Shown here: in pieces, positions 1 through 11,194 of the stretch
Layout of the letters: each line of letters begins with the position of its first letter
Numbering within the stretch: position 1 is the first letter of the stretch
Assembly: GCF_001194135.2 (NCBI RefSeq)
Contig: NC_068985.1
Coordinates: 93,123,872 to 93,187,871, forward strand
Source: Octopus bimaculoides
Taxonomy: Eukaryota
DNA length: 64,000 nt
Direction of reading: 5' to 3'
Made by a program: the position numbers and the translations under genes
The notes under the pieces: generated by a model
What the model saw: only the letters and a program-made list of their open reading frames with translations
Database searches by the model: none
Told to the model about the DNA's origin: nothing

Positions 1-251
1 TATCTTATGATATTTACTTTACTTTATATTATACTCATTTATTGTGCTTTTAATTATTAATTTTTCTATATGTGATAGTGGATTTTCATCGATGAGTTCT
101 TGAAAATTGGTTATTTTCCCTAAAACTATATATATTTTATATATACTTTATCTATAAGGCTCAATTTAATTTTTTATAAATTGATTTTAATTGAGTTTTT
201 TACCTGTAATTTTGGATTTTGTCCCTAATAATATTATATATATATATATAT

Positions 252-397
252 ATGACGGGCTTCTTTCAGTTTCCGTCTACCAAATCTACTCACAAGGCTT
301 TGGTCGGCCCGAGGCTATAATAGAAGACACTTGCCCAAGGTGCCACACAGTGGGACTAAACCTGAAATCATGTGGTTGGTAAGCAAGCTACTTACCA
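252..397 (-). mobile_element. tRNA-derived SINE family A, 5' half
   Basis: Reverse complement of the head/core shared with copies at 16411, 17665, 33020, 51195 (GGTAAGTAGCTTGCTTACCAACCACATG...GGAAACTGAAAGAAGCCCGTC). Confidence 0.9.
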
Positions 398-1589
398 AAA
401 TGAAAGGTTTAAGATGATGACCCTAACAACCAATATCCTGAACAGAAGGGGAAAACATTCTGTTCTTGTTTGCATACAAGAAAATTCAATTTACCATTAT
501 TTCTTGTTGTGGACCCTGATTAGGTATCTACCCTTGCACAACCTCATCAGTAATGATACATGGCTTCAACAGATAAAAATGATAATACTCTACGTTCATT
601 CATTTAACTGATAAAAACATATTGTGCTTTGACTGCACAAAAATTGTTCTGATTTTATATTAATGAAAAATTTTAAATCATTATTTCTGTATAATTTTGT
701 TGAAACCAAATTAGTAATCAGTTGTTAGTTGATTAAATAAAAATTTGAATTTTCATATTTTCATAAATGTTTTTAATCAACATAGTTTGGCATTAATTGT
801 TTGGATAATTAAAGTAAAATAAATAACTATATAAATATATATTAGGACTAAGATATATCCATTTTCTATATCATCAATTACATCATTCATACTAACTGGT
901 TATATAATTTAGCAAAACTGCTAATAAAATATATTTTTATATAATGACCAAATTCTATATCAGCAAATTACTCATAAAACTGGTAAAAAAAAAAAAAAAA
1001 TTGGATTCTAAATATTTATTTGATAAATTATGATGAAGATTTCATTATAATGTGTAAATTTTATTTTCATGCACTTCCTTTTTATATTTTTTTACAAATA
1101 ATGGTTCAACTCTGCTATATCAAGTTATCTTCAGCTCTTTTACTCTGCTTTACACACACACTCGACTGCCAGTGGTAGATTGCTGTTACCTTCAGTTTAT
1201 AATAATCAAATTTGTCTTGATTTGGGCCTAATTTGATATCCAAGTGATGAAAGTTTGAAAAACAATAGTAAAAATGACAGAAAAATTCATTCATGTATGG
1301 TGATTAAGAAGACCTGAGTTTGAGGAACCAAGCAGTGACCTTCATTTTAAAATTCATTTAATAAGTTTCCTCATCTGAATGGAATATTTATAGTAACGCT
1401 TAATATATGGATCCTATAACTTGTATTCTTAGTGCTAGCATAAACAACAGTTTTTTGAAAAATTTTCTTTGATAAAAAAATCTTGGCATTATTGTCCCTC
1501 TATAGCATGTAAACTAATTTACACACTTATGCCTCCTGAACTTGATAATGTTTAAGAAAATATCCTCATTATAGCTTGCAATATATCAA

Positions 1590-1800
1590 GTATTGATTTC
1601 TAACATAGGTGCAAAGCTAAAAATTTAGAAGAGGATGGTATAATGTATCATATTGTTACAAGTACTAACTTGTATTTATTTTATCGACTTCACCAAGATG
1701 AAAAGCAAAGTTTCTTTTTTAGTCTGATTTCAATTTAGAAATAGATGTAACTAAATATCGCAAGACATTTTGTCAAACGCTAATTATTCCTGCCAGTCCA
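1590..1800 (-). mobile_element. Degenerate SINE family C
   Basis: Weak similarity to copies at 50935 and 54610 (TTTATCGAC...GATGAAAAGCAAAG). Confidence 0.5.
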
Positions 1801-2398
1801 CCTCCTGTTTAATGTCAAATATTAATCATTAGAAGTGCAGTGCATCACTGAAAGTTTCTTTAGGCGTGTAAAATTCTGAAGATAACTGGAAATAGTGCTG
1901 TTAAGCAATTTGAGAAACCAACAAAATTATGGGTTAAAAACTACATTTCCCACTCTTGTATTAAGTGAAAATTTATGATGAAATAAGCATCAAATATATA
2001 TAAAAAAGCATGACATTTTGTTTTCTTTAGGTGGTATAAATTAATTACTTTTGATAATATAACTTAGCATGATATAATTCACTGGTAATCTACTAATAAT
2101 AATCCATTTACATTTTTAACACTAATTATTTCATTAAACTGTTCCAAATGTCTTGGTATCTAATCACATCTTTTACAGCAATCATGTGTGTTTAATATCA
2201 GTCCTGTTAATTATAACTGCTGTGTAACTGATGTTCTTCTTCCTCCTCCACTTCCTTATCCTTTTCTTTCTCTGCTGCTACCTGTTGGTGTGTGTCAACT
2301 TCATTGACAGTCACCTACCAGTGGAACACACAAACGCAATCATCTGTTTGACATCTTCACTTAATAATCACTGGAAATATACAGTAGGTGATGCTTCT

Positions 2399-2429
<31 letters not shown>

Positions 2430-3007
2430 TTGGTTGATAACATCTATAAGGACTCTTGTTCTTTGTGTCTTGGACTTACCTGTGTTGCTATAAACTGTTA
2501 TATACTGCACATAGACTCATTCAATTATCTTAAATAGCAATGAGGTGCTCACATGTAGGTATATATTACATTAGCTGATTTCATTACTAAAGACTGGGTG
2601 TTTTCACAGATAAATACTATTGACATAAACTTGCCTGTAACATCTCAAGTCAATTTGCAAGATCTCGGTTTATTCAGTACCTAAATTAGATAACTCTTAT
2701 AATCAAAGAGCAATATAGTATCTCTACTACAGAGGTAGTATAAACAAATTACTTATGACTCATGAATTCAAAGCCTATTGATAATGTTTTCTAGTATCTC
2801 TGTATGAAACATTTAACACTGATTGCTCCAGTTTACAACCTATCTGGAGAATAAGTAAAAGTTCTTCCTCAAATTATCTGCAAATAGATTTACATCATAT
2901 CTAAGATGAATTTATCAATGGTTTATCACAACAGAAAGTGAAGTTAAACAGCAGCGTTACAAACCATATAATTTCAGAAAAAGATTCATTAACTAGTTTA
3001 TATATTC

Positions 3008-4069
3008 CAGCCTTTAGCATTCAGATTACTCTGTCAAATGTAAAGCCTTGACTGGCTTCCATGCTGGTGGCACATAAAAAGTGCCATCCGATCGTGGTCA
3101 ATGCTGGCCCCTGTACTGGTGGCATGTAAAAAAGCACCTACTACACTCTCTGGGTAGTTGGCATTAGGAAGGGCATCCAGCTGTAGAAACGCTGCCAGAT
3201 CAGACTGGAGCCTGTTGCAGCCTCCTGGCTTCCCAGACCCCAGTTGAACCATCCAACCCAAACCAGCATGGAAAATGGACGTTAAACGATGATGATTGTT
3301 TAGAATTAATCATGCATTATTCTTTGAGCTTCATGATTTTCATACGTGTTGTAGTGGAAGTGGTATGCCCTTCCGACGGAACAAGTGGTATGGGCCAGCC
3401 ACTATAAAGTGAGACAACGTCAACCAGTACAGAGAGTCATGTGTCAGTCGTCATAGAGTTGTTGCATGCGTTCTCAGTTGGAATTAAGTGTCAGTTACAT
3501 TCTATAGTCGAGTTTGAGTAACCATCAAGGTAGACGGTTCAAAGTTGATGTCTTGCAGAGCTATCAGCAATAGCATGATAGATGAAGCGGTGTATTACCA
3601 TTCCGGTATAGAAGAGATACATTGCATCCGATACCAAAACAAATATTGTGGCTACTAGAGTAGATACAACAGCTATAGTCACAACTGTGAGAAATACCAC
3701 ATCATAACAATATGATGGTGATTTATTTTTAGAATGACATTGTATGGTAGGTGTGAGAAGGCAGGCCTGACCAGTTTCTACCTATATAAATTGGTCTATC
3801 TAATTGTGTTACACAACCAAATTTAAGTGGGTTATTTAAGCAACACATTCATAGTTAGATGACAAGTTGGATGTGGTGCTTATGAGAGAGTAATAATTCT
3901 TGAAATAAGTATATACACTAACTACCTATTTTTTTCTATATTCAATCACATTCTTTACGTAAATATATATGAAATGTCGTAACTTGCAGTGCTGGCTCTG
4001 AATTCTATAGAGATAAAACAGATAGAATATTTGGGGTGGATATGGCTGGGTTAAATGCTAAAGAGTTAA
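3008..4069 (+). mobile_element. piggyBac-like MITE 1, split by three insertions
   Basis: Pieces at about 3008-3043, 3297-3345, 3715-3778 and 4012-4069 match copies at 23283-23458 and 21051-21278; termini CCTTTAGCATT...AATGCTAAAGAGTTAA. Confidence 0.7.
3044..3296 (+). mobile_element. SINE family E with RTE-like (GAT)n tail
   Basis: AAAAAGCACC.ACTACACTCTC...GGAAGGGCATCCAGCTGTAGAAAC...GGACGTTAAACGATGATGAT, repeated many times in the window. Confidence 0.85.
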
Positions 4070-5718
4070 GTCAGAGACATTGATGTTGGTATTTGCTGTT
4101 AATATAGCACAACACAAGAAACAAATCAAAAAAAGGATATTAACCCTTACCTTATATTTTATCATTATTCATCATATTGCTTATAACATCTAATGATTGC
4201 TTTTAATTTCTTCTTGTTACTCTAAGGCAAGGCTAGGAATTTTCTATAAATAAATGGTACATGTTGGTAGTTTAGTAATTTTACTCTATATTTGAATTGA
4301 AAAACAACAGCTCAATGGACATTTTCCTATATATAAACGACAGTGTTATATAAGATTCTTAAAATGTACACAGCATTTCATGAGTGACAGTGTTTGCCAT
4401 GCAATGGCAACAGAATCACAACAACAAAGTGGTTGGTGCCTGGTTTGAACCCAGTAATACATAATATTTAGACATATACATTAGCACATGTATACATATC
4501 AGCTTAAGTGAGATTAATTTAATCCTTTCTCAGCAACTTTACTCTTTATATCTCTCTCTCTCTCTCTCAATCTTTCTTTTGACAATGCTTACTTTCATTC
4601 TTTCCATATGCGGGCTGTTATATATGTGTCTATACACACACACATATACTTATTTTCAGTTCAATAGTCTATCAGCTGACTTACTCTCAAACTTCATCTA
4701 CAATTCATGTACCACAAAAGAAAGGAAAAAAAAAAAAGTATTCAGACCTTTAGAAGTTAAAAATTAACACTGATGAATAATATCTCTAATTGTTGATGAT
4801 CTTAAACTTCTTTAACTTGCAAATGATTTGAAGAAGCACATGTAGAGAAGGGGAGGAGGCTATTCTGATGTTGTAGTTGAGAACATCATTTGTTGGCTAG
4901 TATAGGGATCTGGTGAGGTTTGTAAATTACTTTGGTGCAATTAACTTTTTTTGTCACGAGTCCAACATTCTGCTAAACTAGAGAATGATAAATAGCAGTG
5001 CAGCTGATATTCTGTATTAGCATCTCAGAATTACTAAATGAAAAATCACCTGTTTAATTAGAAAGGAAGGTAGATGCAACATTGTAGTATTCGATATTCT
5101 ATGATGGTCTTACTATGTTAATTACTAATAGTAAAATTATGAGATCACGAGAGCTCCCCCCCCCCACACACACAAACTCAACGTGTGTTGAAAACAACTT
5201 TGCTTTCTGACATATTTTGAAGTGTGAAATACGTCTATAGTTGGGGTATTGTCTCCTTGAATTACAACAAACTCGAGCAGTGTATTTTTCTAATTAGAAT
5301 ATTTCAAATGGCTACGAACCAACAAATCAACTTTGGACTAACGAATAAGAAACAGAAAAAGAAAAACAAACAACTTTATCGGAATTCTAAACAAGATGAA
5401 AATTTGCATGACTAACATCAAAGTATTCTGACATCTTTACAAATGTTTGGTTTTTACCTATTCAGTGTTAATGCTATGGCATTGCAATTGAGAATGACAT
5501 TAGCTGCCTAACATAATGATCTTGAAACTTTTACAAGTTTATTTAGGCCTGCTACCATTCCAATACTTAGTGGTAGAAAATAGAAATACACTTCACAGAA
5601 TTATTACGTTGTAAGATAATTTCATTCCTTTCTTTTTCTTCCCTCCTCCCACCACCCTTCAATATATTTTAATCCTTATCTTTCATCAAAATCTGAACTA
5701 TTTCAGTATATTGTCCTT

Positions 5719-6031
5719 CGTTACAGTTCTATATTTAAGAGATGAGGAATTATTTACATTATTTACATTTGACGGATATTTGTCCTTGTCTTGTTTGTAG
5801 TCCACAGGCATATGGCATAGTGGTTAAGAGCATAGGCTACTAACCCCAAGATTCCGAGTTCGATTCCAGGCAGTGAATGAATAATAATAACAACATCGAA
5901 AAATACCTTACGAATGAGAACCCAGGTTCGAAATTTCCCCAAAACACCTGATGAAGGCTGGAGGGTATATCAGTCGAAACGTTGTGTTAACAACAAACAA
6001 GATGAGGATAAATATTCATCAAATGTAAATA
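5719..6031 (+). mobile_element. tRNA-headed, hammerhead-bearing Penelope-like non-autonomous element with upstream inverted tail
   Basis: Inverted tail 5719-5797; tRNA-like head about 5804-5872 (TGGCATAGTGG; GAGTTCGATTC); AAT tract; hammerhead; tail. Flanked by the 9-bp direct repeat ATTGTCCTT (5710-5718, 6032-6040). Confidence 0.75.
5943..5988 (+). ncRNA. Minimal type I hammerhead ribozyme motif
   Basis: AACAC-CTGATGA-A-GGCTG-(10-nt loop)-CAGTC-GAAAC-GTT-GTGTT: stem I AACAC/GTGTT, stem II with one G.U pair, palindromic ACGT in place of stem III. Confidence 0.75.
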
Positions 6032-6084
6032 ATTGTCCTTTGTTGTTCTCAACTTCTTGCCAACATTCTTTTATTTGTCAATAT

Positions 6085-6600
6085 CTTAAAGTAGGAATCA
6101 CCAGCTCTTGAAGAATTTATTAAGCCATGTCATTGTAGAATGAATTGTCCCACAGATGTCGTAGAGCAACTGGCAAAGGTCATAATCTGAAGGAATTGCA
6201 TCAAGAGAATACAGTGGGTGCCATAGAACTTCCCAGCCAAGCTCTTGAAGAGCACTTTTGGTCAGATTAACAATAAAAGGATGAGCATTATCCTGTTGGA
6301 GAAGCACACCATGTTGCTGGTCAAGTCATTTAAGCATAACCATCAAGTGAAGGTGACAGGCAACAGTGTCGTGAGTGCATCACATCTGCTGGGCCAAATC
6401 CCTGGTGGATTATTATTGCAGATCCTCATGGATGAGCTGGTTCAATTGATCTTCATTGGACTGAATAGGTTGGCCAAAATGTGAAGAGTCTCTGAGATCA
6501 AATTCCTCCTCCATGAAGTATGAAAACCATTCCTGTTCAGTTCTTTTGATAATAGCACTTTCTGATAGCCCAAATGTCTTGAGTCACTTTGGCAGCTATT
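6085..6600 (-). mobile_element. Degenerate, internally deleted mariner transposase remnant
   Basis: QQDNAHP...HPLYSLDAIPSDYDLC (catalytic C-terminal motifs); HTH-like WFSYFMEEEFDLRDSSHFGQP upstream; stop codons present. Confidence 0.9.
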
Positions 6601-6617
6601 GAAAATGAAGAAAAGCA

Positions 6618-6862
6618 GTGCCAGTGGTTAAGAAGCTTGCTTTATAACCACATAGTTTCAGGTTCAGTCCCCCTGTAGGGCACTGATAACCCTGTGCTGA
6701 CAAATGCTTTGTGAGAGAATTTGGCAGACAGAAACTGTGAAAGTCCATTGTTTATATGCCTACATGTATTTCTCCTCACATTGATTAGCAATCGGTGTTG
6801 GTTTGTTTCCGTCTCTATAACTTAGTGATTCAGCAAAAGAGATTAATAAATATCAGACTTTA
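6618..6862 (+). mobile_element. Degenerate SINE family A
   Basis: GTGGTTAAGAAGCTTGCTT...GGTTCAGTCCC head and AACTTAGTGATTCAGCAAAAGAG 3' part. Confidence 0.7.
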
Positions 6863-7015
6863 AAAAAAAAATGAAGTATTGATTGTCTTATATCCTACAT
6901 TAATATTATAAGAATATATCTAAAACAAAAAACAGTTGGAATTCTTTTGAATAATATATTCCTCTATACACTATCATACAGACCCCTTTTATATATATAT
7001 ATATATTGCACACAC

Positions 7016-7143
7016 GATGGGCTTCTTTCAGTTTCCGTCTACCAGATTCACTCACAAGGCTTTGGTTAACCCCAGGCTATAGCAGAAGACACTTACCCAA
7101 GTTGCCATGCAGTGGGACTGAACCCAGAACCATGTGGTTGGTG
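7016..7143 (-). mobile_element. SINE family A/B head and core
   Basis: GATGGGCTTCTTTCAGTTTCCGTCTACC...GGGACTGAACCCAGAACCATGTGGTTGG. Confidence 0.9.
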
Positions 7144-9056
7144 GAAATATTATTTTTCCCTTTCATAGCTTCTCTAACCAAATTTAGTTAAGCGCTTCTC
7201 AACTTTCTGACCAGAGTTATTTTGTCACATTGTCTGACTAATGCAACTATTTATATTAGACTGAATCTTCCTCTTACAGTAGTTGTTCAGAGTCCAACTT
7301 TTATTGATTTCAATATTCTAACACTGTCTCCTCTTCCATATAAGAAACACCATTCTGCAACAAACCAATCTTTTGTTGTTTTTTTTTGTTTGCCCTGACA
7401 TTACTTTCAACTATATCCATTTCATATTTTTAGATAAATGAAATATCAATCTTAGTATTGTTACACATAAAACCTATTGAAATAAAAGGGTTAACACCAT
7501 ATTGTAGCTGTTTGATATGACCTGATACTTTTCTATAAATACTTTTACAAAATGAAAAAAGGAAAACCATTTTGTTTTATCACACCTTCCTTGCTATATA
7601 AATACACATATGTAGCTGCATAATTTACTTTGTACTTACTTGCTGCAAGTATTACTTCAAGTAATTTTCCTTTATTTCACTTGTGTTTTGTTTTAATTTT
7701 TGTGTGTGTGTTTTTCACTGTAGATTGTGAACAATTTCTCTTTTCTTTTTAGGAGACAATATTCTTGTAGACTAACAATTGTGTTCTTTCTTACTTCGAG
7801 CTTATCTTAAAGGAATTTGCATGTAGCTTTGTAGGCACATCTATTACATTTTTCATCTTTATTTATTAAGTTTGTTTATCATTTTTTTTTTTAACTTTAC
7901 TAAAAAAATATACTTGTCTTTCATTGCTTTAACTTCACCTCTGCATGGCAATTTTCTTACCAATTTCAGCCATTAACTCCATTTTCATACCATGTAGACG
8001 CTTATGAATACTATCAACATTTGCAGCTATTTTTCTCAATGGAGGTGGGGTGTATTCACCAATCGTACTCTTGCATGCCAACTGACTGTAACTGAATTAA
8101 TCTTCTCCACTCATTTCTATTCTTAATATATTTTATCATGACATTTATTTTGTTAAATTTTTAACACATTTATTCTACTAACTTGCAGATATGCTATCAT
8201 GACATTTATATTACACTTACTCTGTAATATATTTGTCATGAATTTTTAAAATTTTTGTGAAAAAAATTCTTTTTCTCTCACTCATTTTTATTTTCTTCTC
8301 TTTTCTTGCTCACCATAATGTTTCTTTAGATTATTATTATTATTATTGTTATTACTATTATGATTTATTATTATCCTTTAGTGCTAAATTCATAACGAAA
8401 CTCGGAAAACTTATAAAAGCTAAATTAATAAAAAAATATATATTTTATAAAAGTTGAAAGGAAAAATAACTTTCAAGGAACAAACTAAAACCATTAATTT
8501 CAATGACAATGAATGTCCTACTTGAAACAGCATCCACCTCCCTCCACAACCACACATGCATAAATAGTATGAGCTTTCTCCATCTGTTCCTTGATATCTT
8601 CTAAATAAAACTCAGATTAAAGTTTAAAAGTAAAGCATATTTTTCAATTTACCATATCTGTACAAAAGTGTACATATATGTATATAGATATATATATTTT
8701 TGTTATATCAAATTGTTTATAAACGTGTTATGCAGTCAGTTGATATTTTACAATACCAAAGGAGATTCAGTTTGTTTATTTTTTTTGGTAAAATTTATTT
8801 CCAACTGCACAACCTTTCTACCAAAGGTAAAGAGAATTTTTTTTTACTTAGATCTAATCAATAAGTATCTTAACTTTCAAAATGTACAAAGGAACTAGTG
8901 TTTGCTTAATGATAGTAGCATTTCAAACTTTACCTCTTTAGAATTGTTAAGTATATAATTATCGTTAGGATATTTCAAGTTTGTTTTTATAATTAAACTT
9001 CTTTATCCTAAATTCTGTTGCTTACAATAAAATGTATTTAAACTTCTGATTTTTAG

Positions 9057-9196
9057 GTCCAAGTGTACCACTTTCTCCCAGCATCGTCCCTAACCCCTGC
9101 TATGAAAGCCCTTCTCAGTATCGCAGCACCAATGCGAGGGGGAGCCTTCAATCACCAATACAACCAAGCCTCGAAATGAAAGGTCACCTGGTGTAA
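9057..9196 (+). CDS. Putative terminal coding exon of a plus-strand gene
   Basis: Acceptor TTCTGATTTTTAG|G; GC-richer island. Phase-1 frame GPSVPLSPSIVPNPCYESPSQYRSTNARGSLQSPIQPSLEMKGHLV*; the phase-0 frame is also open (40 aa, stop at 9177-9179). About 4 kb of UTR-like, TE-free sequence follows. Confidence 0.5.
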
Positions 9197-11144
9197 TCCT
9201 GGCTTACCAAAATCCTTCCATGGCAATGAATAAAACAACGATGATTTTAAAAAAGACTTTTTATACTATCTTTGCTGGCATTTGGAATTTAAAAGCAGCT
9301 AGCTAGAGATTTTAAACAATATATATATATAATATATATATATATATAATACATGTATATATATATGATATATATATCTATTAATGATACATCTCGGTTG
9401 AGATTTATCAATTTTTTCAACTGTCAGAGAACAATCTCACATTGCTGACTGAAACCATCAATGCAGATTTATATTTCACTCATCTTGAAGTCAAATTGAA
9501 TGCATTCATCAGATGAGTTGACTGAGGTGTTTGTAAACTTGGTCTCTTCAACTGTTTGTTCTTTGTTTACGAAAAAAAAAAAAGAAAAGAGACACAAAAC
9601 AAATGATTGAGAAGAAATGCATTTCATAAAACAAACACAAGAAAAACATCATGGGTTCATTGAAATATCAACTTTTATCATTTAGGTTTTGAATTTTTAA
9701 CGAATTTAATCTGGTGAAGAAATTAATGATGATAATGGTGGAACTATCGTGATGCTATTTTGATGCCATATGAGCTTTACTCCGTGTTACATCACGGCAA
9801 GTGTATAAGAGTAGATATATGAACAATCTAGGGCCTATTATGCCACTGAGAGTTGTATGGTATCTTCTCAGAACATGGGTTTAACAGCAAACCATTCCCC
9901 ATTTTCTTAAACTATGAATGAGATTTTTTTTTTTTTTTTTTATTTCACAGAAAGTTTTCTATAAAAAAAAAAATAGAAAAGAAAAATGAAAAATAAAAGA
10001 ACTGCACAAGCTGTCAGTTGGAGGTCAGTAAAAACTGCAACCAAATTTATCAGAGAAACTATTTTCATAATATTAGCATTACAATCAACAGCATTTTCCC
10101 CCCACCCCCTTCTCATTATTTCTTATCAACTGTGACAGTTTGGTTACACAACATTCATTATTCATTAAATAGATCAACACAATTAGCCGCACTGGACTAC
10201 AGTGAATCATCTTTGGTTGCAGTAAGCTAGATATCATTTGATGAATTTAGCATCAGGCTTTTTAAGGGTCACAATTTCTTTGTGACTCCTTACAGTTGTA
10301 GGCTTCAATACTATTTTGTGCTAAAATAATTGACGTGTGTTTGTGTACTGATCTCAGAACCATCGAAGCTATGGCTGAATGTTGTGATGTTGTCGATATT
10401 TCATAAACAAACATACAAAAAAAAAATAATAATAATAACAAACCAACAAAAAACAATACTTGCTTCATGAATTGCCTTTTCTTTCCTGATTAACTCTTTT
10501 TTAATTATTTTAGTTGACTGACACAAACACACATACACACAAACACACATTCATACTCGCACATATGATGTAAAACACTTTTGGATACTTTGATAGAACT
10601 GAGGGTCAAGAAGTAAATGCCAAATAATTGCTGTCATACAGTTTTTTTTTTTGTTTGTTTGTTTTGTTTTTTTTAAATCTATCACACCAGCTGTCAAGTA
10701 AAATTGACCATTTAACCGTTTTGAGCACTGGTATTTAGTAGTAACCTTTGCTCATGTCAGTCATTCAAACCTAACAAAAAAAAAAGAAAAAAAGAAAAAA
10801 GAAAAAAAATAACCTGTGAGGAGAAATGTAAAACAATTTCTCATTCTTTAGTTTTGGCAAAACTAGGAAAAAAAAAAGATAACTAAATGGTGTGTGCCTA
10901 TTTCCGTTTTTAATATTGCTTACACCTTCATGCTATCAGTGTGGTAAATACACTGTCGTGATACTACCAGTGAGGAAAATACAGAGTACTAAATGCTACA
11001 TCACCAAATCATTTTATGCTGAAATCCAGGAAATTATCATCATTCTTATAAGTAAAATATATTTGAGGTTTTTTTTTTTGGTTTTTTTACTACTACTACT
11101 ACTATTACTACTGTCTGGTAACCAGTATAATTCTCCTTCAGTTG

Positions 11145-11194
11145 AATGCCAAGAGATATTTTGGCCGATTTAAGCCAAAATATCTCTTGGCATT
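11145..11194. repeat. Perfect 21-bp inverted repeat with 8-nt loop
   Basis: AATGCCAAGAGATATTTTGGC-CGATTTAA-GCCAAAATATCTCTTGGCATT. Confidence 0.95.

Noticed and set aside
2031-2044. Terminal micro-exons after strong acceptors (also 7753 and 32741)
   Set aside because: Only a few codons before a stop and no upstream partner exon; such acceptors arise by chance in T-rich DNA.
5804-5872. Functional tRNA gene (also 13567, 40413, 47210 and SINE heads)
   Set aside because: A/B boxes are present, but there is no acceptor stem or terminator and the sequence continues into repeat bodies.
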